Below are positions 32,426 to 41,121 of a stretch of 64,000 bases of DNA, piece after piece (the first letter of the stretch is position 1; each line of letters opens with the position of its first letter). A model generated the notes under the pieces. The model ran no database searches and was not told the DNA's origin. It was given only the letters and a program-made list of their open reading frames with translations. A program made the translations under genes and the position numbers. Source of the stretch: an uncultured Nitrososphaerota archaeon (GTDB lineage Archaea > Thermoproteota > Nitrososphaeria > Nitrososphaerales > CADDZS01); NCBI GenBank assembly GCA_963799845.1, contig CAWCYI010000001.1, positions 131,842 to 195,841 of the forward strand, written 5' to 3'.

Positions 32426-33049
32426 TTACGACTTTATCCCGAACATCTCAGTCCTGCCATCGTACTCTAGTAATCCGCTGAAAATCGCCCAGTCAACAAG
32501 AATATTATGGACAAGTAACCCATTCAGCTCTTCTTCCTCAACCCATCTCAACTCTCTCTTGTAAAGGAGGTCGGCCACTTTATTTGATGAGAACCTTTTG
32601 CTTTTCCCTGCTACCTCGACTGCAGTCCTGAAGGGTGCTACCAGTGAAAGCCTTTCTGTTAGATATTGTCTCTTCTTGTTCCTCGGAAGACTATTCACCT
32701 CCGTCACACGCTCCGTTATCGAGATAAGGCCGTTGTGGATTCTAGCAAAACCCAACAACAGACTAGCGTTTATGAGTCGTTCCATCTCGTCGGTTTTTGC
32801 TCCTAAAAGTTTCCTAAGCTTGACCACATCGGAACCAGTATCCAGTCTCGCAAGCGCTCCCGCAATTTCAATTAACTGTCCGGGTTCTATCCCTGCTGGA
32901 AACATCCCCTTTCGGACATCGCCCTCCAGAAGTTTTGCATCATTGTCTCCTGATTTCTTTGAAGGCAATTTGGCTAGTTGGAATCTTCCCCTTATGTTGA
33001 AGTTGATCGCATTTTGCTGTTCAAGCCGCGTAGATGCCTTCCTCCACAA
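32426..33049 (-). CDS. Stand-alone AAA-associated (NitT/TauT ATPase C-terminal-like, wHTH) domain protein
   Basis: 'LINASLLLGFA...I.ITE', 'LVDWAIFSGLLEYDG'; directly follows the permease gene. Confidence 0.7.
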   Translation of the reverse strand: MWRKASTRLEQQNAINFNIRGRFQLAKLPSKKSGDNDAKLLEGDVRKGMFPAGIEPGQLIEIAGALARLDTGSDVVKLRKLLGAKTDEMERLINASLLLGFARIHNGLISITERVTEVNSLPRNKKRQYLTERLSLVAPFRTAVEVAGKSKRFSSNKVADLLYKRELRWVEEEELNGLLVHNILVDWAIFSGLLEYDGRTEMFGIKS

Positions 33050-34673
33050 CGTACTTCTTACGGGCGAGATCCATCAGATTTCTAGTAAAAAATAGTCCGT
33101 AAAGGATCACGACAAAAGCAAACAAGAGGGAAACCCAGGCTGCCGCACCGATATTTCCATTAGCCAAATTGAGACTAATGTATTTCATCATCCCAACACT
33201 CGCTATTAGGTTATGATTTGGGGATATTAGTAACCAGTATTCGCCAATTGCAAGACCTGCCCAGCAGCTATTAATCGTGCTGGATAATCCCGTTACCAAA
33301 TATGGGAAGGTCGCTGGCAAAATTATGCGCCTCATTCTAGTAAAGAACCCAAGTTCGTGGTTTTGCATCACTTCCCAAAACTCGGAGGGAATCGCCTTAA
33401 CCCCAATCCAGAAATCGAAGAAAATGTAATAGAAACAACTCAAAAATCCCAGAATGAAAATGTAAATCTCTACATAAAACGTAGGCAGTACCGCACTCAG
33501 AAAAGGTAGAGTCGCGATGTAAATAAGAGGGAAGTAAGTCGGGGCAGGGAAGGCAGCCAGTACCTGAATCAGTGGTGAAATCAACATACCAGCTCTTGCA
33601 TGGGTGGCCATATAGTAGCCAAGAGTAATTGCGACAAGGAGGGATGCGGCGGTGATTATTGCCACTCTCACATAATCAACAGCCATGTTGTAGAGAAGAA
33701 ACGGAGTGCTTGTGAGATATCCCATCCATTGTTGAATAGGTATGGAAACAGCTAGCGTTATGGAGGAATAGAGCAAGTATGCAAGAATGATCGCACCTGC
33801 AGAAAGGGCGACCCACTTTGCTATCACAGCTCTTCGATGTCTAGCCTCAACTGAGATTTCATCGTCTTCATCCCCAAGATTAGGACGCTGACGACGCTGG
33901 TATACGGTTAATCTCGAAGTATATTTCGAGAGACGTTGCCTCTGGTCATGTAAGGCGAGCCATCTCCCATAGTGACGTCCGCGGTGAATCTCCCCCACAG
34001 TGTCAACTCCGTATTTTGCGACTGCGCGCTTGCTGAAGACCGAAATTAGGGCTGTAATTGTGACTACCGCGATCGCGATGAATAGTAGCGAATAATACAC
34101 TGTCTGATAATCTCCAGCTTGCGTCGCGAGAGTTATTACCGTGCCAATGCCAAACGTCTTGTAATGCACAGGTTGACCCTGGACAGTGATCGAGAACACC
34201 TCACTCACTGAAATATAGAAGAACGCGTCTGCAAAACTTGAGAAAATGTTTGAAGATATTCGGGGAATAGAGTGCGGAATGTAGAGGAGCCGTAAAGTTC
34301 GCAGTGAACCAAGCCTGTTGTTCTCGGCCACTTCCAGCAAATTCTCTGGGACTGTCTTGAAAGCCTGATAGATTCCAATCCAGATGTTCCAAGCTACCGC
34401 ATCGAATACCAGGAAATCCGCAGATACTTCAACTCCAAAGACTCCGCCTATTCGTGAAACAAAGACAACAAGAACAATTGGAAGAAAAGCCAGTACCGGA
34501 ATCGATTCGAGTGCATTGACTAACGGTACGTATGCATTTTCAAAAGTCCTGCTTTTGATCGCAAGCCAAGCCAGCAACCATCCGGTCAAGATGGAGAGCC
34601 CAATCAGGGCCATCACTCTTCCAATAGTCGCTAGAGTGGCTAGGCTGATCAGCAGTAAATCCATATGGAGCAC
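33021..34673 (-). CDS. NitT/TauT-family ABC permease with two fused membrane domains
   Basis: Two repeats (LESIPVLAFLP...WNIWIGIYQAFKTVP; LAAFPAP...GVKAIP..ILPATFPYLVTG). Confidence 0.85.
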   Translation of the reverse strand: MLHMDLLLISLATLATIGRVMALIGLSILTGWLLAWLAIKSRTFENAYVPLVNALESIPVLAFLPIVLVVFVSRIGGVFGVEVSADFLVFDAVAWNIWIGIYQAFKTVPENLLEVAENNRLGSLRTLRLLYIPHSIPRISSNIFSSFADAFFYISVSEVFSITVQGQPVHYKTFGIGTVITLATQAGDYQTVYYSLLFIAIAVVTITALISVFSKRAVAKYGVDTVGEIHRGRHYGRWLALHDQRQRLSKYTSRLTVYQRRQRPNLGDEDDEISVEARHRRAVIAKWVALSAGAIILAYLLYSSITLAVSIPIQQWMGYLTSTPFLLYNMAVDYVRVAIITAASLLVAITLGYYMATHARAGMLISPLIQVLAAFPAPTYFPLIYIATLPFLSAVLPTFYVEIYIFILGFLSCFYYIFFDFWIGVKAIPSEFWEVMQNHELGFFTRMRRIILPATFPYLVTGLSSTINSCWAGLAIGEYWLLISPNHNLIASVGMMKYISLNLANGNIGAAAWVSLLFAFVVILYGLFFTRNLMDLARKKYVVEEGIYAA

Positions 34674-35495
34674 CTACGGCGCGATTTCTTTCAGATTCAA
34701 ATCAGAATACAACTTGTCGGCGTATTCAAAGAATATTGGATCCTTTGGTGACCTTGGTCTTGGAATTTCAATTTTGATCACATTAGTTATTTTTGCCGGC
34801 GCGCCATTCATGACATAAACTCGGTCCGCTAGTTCGACAACTTCGTTCAGATTATGGGAGACGAGAATCGCAGATTTGAGTGAGCTCTCCGGGTTGAAAA
34901 CAAGAGAATAAATCTCCTTCCTAAGGCCGGTTGCGGTAATCTCGTCCAGATGGACAAACGGTTCGTCCATCAGGAGAATTGCGGGAGAAGCATCAAGAGA
35001 TCTTGCTATCGCAATTCTCTGTCTCATCCCACCACTCATTTCCTTGGGATAGTCGTTCTCAACTCCTTTGAGTCCGACGACGTCAAGCATTTTCTCAGAG
35101 GTTTCAGTGGCTTCTTTGTCGTCGACTTTTTTGCACTTGAGCGCCAGCTTGACGTTGTCTAGGGCAGTCATCCATGGAAAAGTTGCAATTGACTGATGTA
35201 TCAGAGAAATCTTCGAGGATGGGTGAGTGACCTCCTTTCCTTGAAGATACACATGTCCTGAAGCTGGTTTCAATAACGCCCCCAAGCATCTGAGAAGAGT
35301 GGATTTGCCGGTTCCCGTCGGCCCCACGATTGCAACGAGCTCATCTTCAAATGTGGTCAAGTTAATGTCCTTGAAGACAAGTTTGCTGTTTGGATAGGAG
35401 TAAGAAAGCTCCTGGCATTCAAGCTCGATTCTTATTGCTGGTTCCTTCCCTGACCCATCTAGGATGGATTGCGCGCTCAAGGCAGATGAAGGCAC
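34674..35495 (-). CDS. NitT/TauT-family ABC ATP-binding protein
   Basis: [33 protein letters not shown]. Confidence 0.92.
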   Translation of the reverse strand: MPSSALSAQSILDGSGKEPAIRIELECQELSYSYPNSKLVFKDINLTTFEDELVAIVGPTGTGKSTLLRCLGALLKPASGHVYLQGKEVTHPSSKISLIHQSIATFPWMTALDNVKLALKCKKVDDKEATETSEKMLDVVGLKGVENDYPKEMSGGMRQRIAIARSLDASPAILLMDEPFVHLDEITATGLRKEIYSLVFNPESSLKSAILVSHNLNEVVELADRVYVMNGAPAKITNVIKIEIPRPRSPKDPIFFEYADKLYSDLNLKEIAP

Positions 35496-35544
35496 TCCTT
35501 GAAATAAATGAGCATTTTTTCGATGAAGCTTTATACAGTTTCCT

Positions 35545-35561
35545 GTCCTGCAGGGGAGGAT
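35545..35561. promoter_or_regulatory. Putative CsoR-type operator 1
   Basis: GTCCT-GCAGGGG-AGGAT between TATA (TTTATA 35530-35535) and the csoR-like ATG at 35563. Confidence 0.6.
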
Positions 35562-35562
35562 A

Positions 35563-35829
35563 ATGTCTTCTCACAAAAGAAAGGATGTGGCCAAACGAAT
35601 TGCGAGAATCCACGGCCATGTGCATGGAATAATGGAAATGGTAAATGATGGTAGATCGTATTCCGAGATAGTCCAGCAGATCTCGGCTGTGAAGGCCGCT
35701 CTCGACAGCGCTATACAAGTGATAGTAGACGATCTCGTAGAAGATTGTGTTGCCAGAACTGGTAAGAAGGATGTAGAAATGAACCAGACTCTTCTCGAAA
35801 TCAAACAAGTCGTTAACAGGCTTACGTAA
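35563..35829 (+). CDS. CsoR/RcnR-family transcriptional regulator with atypical ligands
   Basis: [17 protein letters not shown]...[13 protein letters not shown]...DCV. Confidence 0.88.
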   Translation: MSSHKRKDVAKRIARIHGHVHGIMEMVNDGRSYSEIVQQISAVKAALDSAIQVIVDDLVEDCVARTGKKDVEMNQTLLEIKQVVNRLT

Positions 35830-35964
35830 TCACTTTGGTTGTTGTTTCAAGTAACCACATTTCATACATTTGAAAAATACCGCTCCATCTTCGAGGAGGA
35901 TCTCGAAATGCTCAGCAAAGTGACCACCGGCAGTGCAGAGCATTCTGTTCTTGTCCATTTCCTA

Positions 35965-36491
35965 TCATGCTTTATGGGGCGACATCCAATGACTTCCGCT
36001 TCTACCATCATAGGAAAGCATATCCAGAAGAATTGTCCATTTCAAGAGAAGATCCTTCACTAGGGCCTGATTGACTTCTTTATCTTCGTGCCAAACAAGT
36101 CCATCTTTAGCAAGTGAATCTGCAATTTCCTCCGAGGATACGATCCTCTTTTCGTTTGCCAATTCAAGTGACGGGCGAAATGGTTCTACACTTGAAAGTC
36201 GCTCTCTAAGAATCTGAATTTTTCCGTTCATGGGTGATGCCTTAAATTTCACTCCTAGCTCGGTCAGAACGATGAACCCATCTTCGACACTTAGCAGGCC
36301 CAACATTGCAGCAGCGTTCAGAATCGATAAGAAATCAGGGGCACGCAAGACTAGATGATGGAATGATCAGACAGTCGAAGGCGATCATTTCCATCCTTGA
36401 ATGCTTCTAAAAGCTCGAAGACTTGTTCAGGTCGAATTGCTTTTGGAAACAATCTCTGTCCTAAAGTATACTGTTTCCTTGAAGGTGTCAT
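35965..36491 (-). CDS. Second stand-alone AAA-associated domain protein (frameshift ~36355)
   Basis: MTPSRKQYTLGQRLFPKAIRPEQVFELL joins 'ILNAAAMLGLL...LTELG...LLKWTILLDMLSYDG'; paralogous to 32426-33049. Confidence 0.7.
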
Positions 36492-36496
36492 CCAGC

Positions 36497-36513
36497 ATCC
36501 TAGGGTGGAGGAT
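36497..36513. promoter_or_regulatory. Putative CsoR-type operator 2
   Basis: ATCCT-AGGGTGG-AGGAT between TTTAAA (36517-36522) and the minus-strand ATG at 36491. Confidence 0.6.
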
Positions 36514-36585
36514 ATGTTTAAAGATATGCATCCTATACATGGACGTGCTCATAAATTAATGAAGTGAGTAGGGACATAGACAATA

Positions 36586-38478
36586 TTGGAAATTGTTCCG
36601 GCAAAAGAGACCCCCGAAGCCAAGAATAAGGAAAAAGAACCAAGAAGAGATAGCAAGTCGTTAGAAGTTGTACGACTTTTCCTTATGGGTGCAGCAGCCC
36701 TCCTAAGTTTCAGTGGCATTTGGCGTATACTGCTCCCGATTGATATCGTTGCTATTATCGCAACATTAGCCGGAGGTTATCCCGTTTACAAAGAGACCTT
36801 TGAGTCGCTTCGACACGGTCATGTCAACATGGAGGTGTCAATGGCAGTAGCTATCTTTGCTTCACTCCTATTGCGACAATTTACCGTATCCGTTGTCATA
36901 ACCTTCTTTGTATTGCTTTCAGAGTACATCGAAAATTATGCAGTTGATCAAGGAAGACAGACTATTGTTCTGCTTGAAAAATCCGAGCCGAAAAAGGCAC
37001 TCGTAAGAAGAAACGGGTCAGAGTTTGAAGTAGATTCAAAATCGCTCCAACCTAATGATATTGTGATCGTTAGAGACGGGGAACGAATCCCTGTCGATGG
37101 AACGATAGTCGTTGGCTCCGCATTTGTCAATCAATCAGCGATAACCGGCGAGTCGTCGAGAATAGAAAAGATTCCTGGAGATAGAGTATTCGCAGGTAGT
37201 ATCAATGAAACTGGCGTTATTGAGGTACGCACCGAGAAGATCGGCAATGAAACTGTCTTTGGCAAAATTATCAAACTCGTTGAGGAGGCAGAGAACAAGA
37301 AGGCCCCTATACAGAAAATATCCGACAGACTTGCCACGCTTCTAGTTGAGTTTGCGATAGGATTTTCCGTCATCACGTTTCTTGTCACGAGAAATCTCAC
37401 CTCTACTCTTTCTGTCATCGTTGTTGCGGGTGCCTGCGGTGTTGCGGCGGGAACTCCGCTTGCTATCGTTGCGATAATGGGAAAGGCTGCAAAGAAGGGT
37501 GTGATCGTCAAGGGCGGAGCTTACGTTGAAGAGATGAGCAGAATCGATACGGTTGTAATCGACAAGACTGGAACTCTCACTTTCGGAGAACCGGTAGTCA
37601 CAGACGTTATTGGCTTTGGCTGTACTCAACAAAAGGTGCTGGAATACGCGGCTATTGCGGAAAGACACTCAAATCATCCTCTTGCTCGAGCGATAACTGA
37701 CAAGGCGGCTGAAATGGGAATCCGTCTTTCTAACAGCTCAGATTTATCATCAAATTATGTTCCGGGCAAGGGAATAGTTTCTGATCAAGGCGGTGAGGAA
37801 ATCATCGTGGGAAATACCGTCCTCATGACGGAAAAGAATGTCAGGTTTCCACAAGGTAACGAGAGCCAGTTGTTATCAGAAAAGATTTCTGATGGGAAGT
37901 CAACTGTGCTCGTAGCTCACTCCGGCAAAGTTTGCGGCTTGATTGCGATATCAGACAGTGTACGAGGAGAGAGCAAGAAAGCGATAACAGACCTTAAACA
38001 AATGGGTATTCGCACTATAATGCTCACGGGAGACAACGAAACAGTTGCGAAGGCGGTTGCTAAAGAAGTCGGAATAGAAGAGGTTCACGCCTCATTACTC
38101 CCGGGAGACAAAGTTGCATTTATCGAAAAACTGGTCGCCGAAGGACACCAGGTAGCGATGGTAGGCGACGGTATTAACGACGCTCCCGCCCTGGCTCGGG
38201 CAAACGTGGGAATTGGCATGGGAGCGGGGACTGATGTTGCCATCGAAGAGGCGGATATTGTTTTGATGACAAACGATCTGCAAAAGATCGCGGATGTAGT
38301 GAGACTCAGTAAAAAAGCATACAGGACAATAATGACAAACTTTTACGGAACAGTAACAGTGGATGGAATAGGCGTAACTCTTGCCTTCGCTGGGCTACTG
38401 AATCCTCTATTGGCTGCTAGCATTCACGTTGTTTCGGAACTAATCTTCATACTGAACTCGGCAAGATTGATACGATAA
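36586..38478 (+). CDS. Heavy-metal P1B-type ATPase lacking an N-terminal metal-binding domain
   Basis: TGE, DKTGT, HP, TGDN, GDGINDAP; TM motif AGACG instead of CPC. Confidence 0.92.
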   Translation: MEIVPAKETPEAKNKEKEPRRDSKSLEVVRLFLMGAAALLSFSGIWRILLPIDIVAIIATLAGGYPVYKETFESLRHGHVNMEVSMAVAIFASLLLRQFTVSVVITFFVLLSEYIENYAVDQGRQTIVLLEKSEPKKALVRRNGSEFEVDSKSLQPNDIVIVRDGERIPVDGTIVVGSAFVNQSAITGESSRIEKIPGDRVFAGSINETGVIEVRTEKIGNETVFGKIIKLVEEAENKKAPIQKISDRLATLLVEFAIGFSVITFLVTRNLTSTLSVIVVAGACGVAAGTPLAIVAIMGKAAKKGVIVKGGAYVEEMSRIDTVVIDKTGTLTFGEPVVTDVIGFGCTQQKVLEYAAIAERHSNHPLARAITDKAAEMGIRLSNSSDLSSNYVPGKGIVSDQGGEEIIVGNTVLMTEKNVRFPQGNESQLLSEKISDGKSTVLVAHSGKVCGLIAISDSVRGESKKAITDLKQMGIRTIMLTGDNETVAKAVAKEVGIEEVHASLLPGDKVAFIEKLVAEGHQVAMVGDGINDAPALARANVGIGMGAGTDVAIEEADIVLMTNDLQKIADVVRLSKKAYRTIMTNFYGTVTVDGIGVTLAFAGLLNPLLAASIHVVSELIFILNSARLIR

Positions 38479-38636
38479 TTCTTGCCAGAATTCCAGCACT
38501 CGCTATCTCTTTTCAAGATCTCGTCAGCTCTGCTAATCCCGATTATAGCTAGCAGCTCAAATAACCTGGTTGTGGATATCGAAGCAGCGACCGAAAGCCC
38601 AGCAGATCAATTGTCTCTTTACCTCGAGGAGATGAA

Positions 38637-38689
38637 TAGACACCCTATTAAGGAGTCTATTATAATTAGACACCCCATTAGGGAGTGTA
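38637..38689 (+). promoter_or_regulatory. Tandem 23-bp palindromic operators around a TATA-like spacer
   Basis: TAGACACCCTATTAAGGAGTCTA (38637-38659), TTATAAT, TAGACACCCCATTAGGGAGTGTA (38667-38689). Confidence 0.8.
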
Positions 38690-38696
38690 TTCTGGA

Positions 38697-39635
38697 ATGC
38701 AGTGGCTACCACCATGGCTTGCAAGAGCTTATGCTAAGATATACATCGAGAAGCGGCTAGATCCATTCGGGTTTTCTCAAGCAGCTAGAATACTCGACAT
38801 TTCAGATGAAAGGCGCCTCGCCAAAACGCTTGCAAAGCTCAGATCATCCGGCTATATGCAGGCAACAAGAGACCCAGCAGACTCAAGAAGGAAACTCTTC
38901 AATCTGCTGGATCCCGTCAGTACGACCGTTGCGTTTGCAATCCAATCAAGGACAAAGAGTTCTGAGTTGAGCGCTAAGCTCGAAGCTGCATCCAATTTCC
39001 TGCACTACTATGTTGGCGGCTCATACGCTGCTTATCAATACCATAGATATTCAGCGCCAGGCAGTGTCGACATATCGGTCCTACCAGATGAGCTTTCGAC
39101 TTGGGTTGCATTAGTCTCGGACAAGGATACGGCAATCTCGATAAACGAGACGCCAGCTGAAAAAGCGTTGACAATAAACGTTCATCTCAAGACCGATTAT
39201 GACGCGAAACTTGACGAGGACAGCATAACTATCAGCGGCATCAGGTATCTATCTTCTGAGCTTCTCATTGTCTTGGGCTTGGCAGAAAATCAACCCAGCC
39301 TAGAGGATGTAATTGCAATCCTCATCGTGCAGAGAAAGAAATTGGATTGGGATAAACTGACAAGTCTTTGCGAGGAATATAGCACCTCCAGATACCTCGC
39401 GACGCTTCTAGAACTTCTGAACTTTGAGTCTTCAAGAATCCTCTTTGATCCGAAGAGAATCAAGAAGATCGCGGTAAGAGCTGACAAAAAAGTAAGACTA
39501 GATTTCCCATTCGATAAGAAGTCTGAACCTCCGGACGACACTTATTCTGAGATTTCGTCCAAATGGAACGTAGTCCCGCACGTCAGACGGTCTTTTCTCT
39601 CCAAGCTTGTAACAGATCTGGTGAGATCAAAGTGA
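38697..39635 (+). CDS. wHTH-containing putative antitoxin (AbiEi-like) with an NTase-like middle domain
   Basis: 'FSQAARIL...LAKTLAKLRSSGY...DSRRKLF' wHTH; 'YYVGGSYAAYQYH...VDI'; GTGA overlap with the next gene. Confidence 0.7.
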   Translation: MQWLPPWLARAYAKIYIEKRLDPFGFSQAARILDISDERRLAKTLAKLRSSGYMQATRDPADSRRKLFNLLDPVSTTVAFAIQSRTKSSELSAKLEAASNFLHYYVGGSYAAYQYHRYSAPGSVDISVLPDELSTWVALVSDKDTAISINETPAEKALTINVHLKTDYDAKLDEDSITISGIRYLSSELLIVLGLAENQPSLEDVIAILIVQRKKLDWDKLTSLCEEYSTSRYLATLLELLNFESSRILFDPKRIKKIAVRADKKVRLDFPFDKKSEPPDDTYSEISSKWNVVPHVRRSFLSKLVTDLVRSK

Positions 39636-40375
39636 CCACCGAGGAGAAAAATGAGGTAATTGTTGAACGAGAGAGCTTGGAAGATCTCGGAAAAATTCTT
39701 CATCAGAGTCATAAGATGGGCATTGGCCTAATGCTGATAGGGGGGTACGCGGTGGCAGCTTACACCAGAGGATACCGATACACCAAGGACATTGATCTCG
39801 TTGCTGAAAAACAATCATTGGGAAAACTAAGGGGTCTTTTGAATGGTTTAGGTTACTCGATAAGAAACACAGATTTTGGCGTTGCGGGAACAAAACGCCT
39901 AAGCAATGATGATGATAACTTCATTGACCTTCATATAAGCGTCGGAAAGGTTCATGACATATCGACTAATAACGACTTTCCCGTAGATCATTCCCTTTTC
40001 AAGAAAGCAAAACGTCTGGAAGTAAAGGGATTCTATTCGGAGACTACCTTAGTAAAAGCTCCGATCGTCGACCTAGAGACAATCCTAATTCTGAAATTAA
40101 TTCCCCGGGGGAGGGACAAGGACGCGGTCGATCTCATCTCTATCATCATTGACAGGAGCAAGGATGTTGATTTTGGACTGATGGTGAAGATTGTGACAGA
40201 GGCTAATTTGAGCGTTCATCTCCTTGATCGAGTTCGAAATTATGCGACTAGAGTAAAGAAGGGAGAACTAGACAAAATTTGGTCGGGTATGACTGGTGCG
40301 CGACTCTCCTTCGTTCAGAAACGTGACTTGTTACGGTTCTTCGGAAGGCTGGCCGATCAGCTTAGGTCGACGTAG
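39632..40375 (+). CDS. AbiEii/DUF6036-like nucleotidyltransferase (putative toxin)
   Basis: LIGGYAV...RYTKDIDL, LKL...RDKDAVD. Confidence 0.82.
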   Translation: MTTEEKNEVIVERESLEDLGKILHQSHKMGIGLMLIGGYAVAAYTRGYRYTKDIDLVAEKQSLGKLRGLLNGLGYSIRNTDFGVAGTKRLSNDDDNFIDLHISVGKVHDISTNNDFPVDHSLFKKAKRLEVKGFYSETTLVKAPIVDLETILILKLIPRGRDKDAVDLISIIIDRSKDVDFGLMVKIVTEANLSVHLLDRVRNYATRVKKGELDKIWSGMTGARLSFVQKRDLLRFFGRLADQLRST

Positions 40376-40633
40376 TAGTACTAAAACCCCGAGACGCATC
40401 AGGGATAAACGGGGCGACACCTTTTTCGCATGTCTGAAGATCTCTTAGTGGATTCTGAGCCAGCTGGTTCGAAACCACCAGATCTGCAAGCTGGCATGTA
40501 GCACTCGCCACTGAAAAAATATACTTTTTTGGATTTTCGAAGTCTCCACAAAACTGAACTTCAACAGGGGATAAATGATTCATCTGTATATACTAGACAG
40601 TATGATAGCTTAGAGTGGGAAACGAGCGATGTA

Positions 40634-40778
40634 ATGGTAAGTTCAGAGTTTTGTGATATGTGCGGATTCTGACGAAGAAGTAAGTTACTGCTCGACCCAC
40701 AAGAAATTTCTCTGCCTGACCTGCGATTGGAAATTGCATTCCGTGGAAATTAAGCGGGCGTACGAACTTTACAGTTAG
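40634..40778 (+). CDS. B-box-like microprotein, copy 2 (one extra T near 40668; keeps CLTCD)
   Basis: Same sequence as copy 1 but TGC at codon 30. Confidence 0.55.
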
Positions 40779-40792
40779 TAGCAGATCAATAA

Positions 40793-41028
40793 TTGACTAC
40801 CGAGGCGTTCCTGCTGATCAACGTGGATCCGGGACCCAAGCGCAGGTGACCAAGGAGTTGAAATCAATTCAAAAAGTCAGGGAGGTCTATCTCACGTATG
40901 GAGTCTACGATTTTATAGTAAAGCTAGAGGCCGAAACTCAGGAGGAGCTCAAGGAAGTTATTACTTATCAAATCAGAGCGCTGCGAAACGTTAGAACAAC
41001 GCTTACAATGGTTGTTGCAGGGAAATGA
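40793..41028 (+). CDS. Stand-alone Lrp/AsnC ligand-binding domain, copy 2 (G lost in a homopolymer at ~40831)
   Basis: EVYLTYGVYDFIVKLEA...VRTTLTMVV. Confidence 0.8.
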
Positions 41029-41121
41029 AAACCAAAAACAATTCAACAGTCCCAATGAAATAAAGTATTCAGGAAGACGAATCTCTTCATTGCCTCTGAT
41101 GGTGACTTGTCAAAACTGTGG

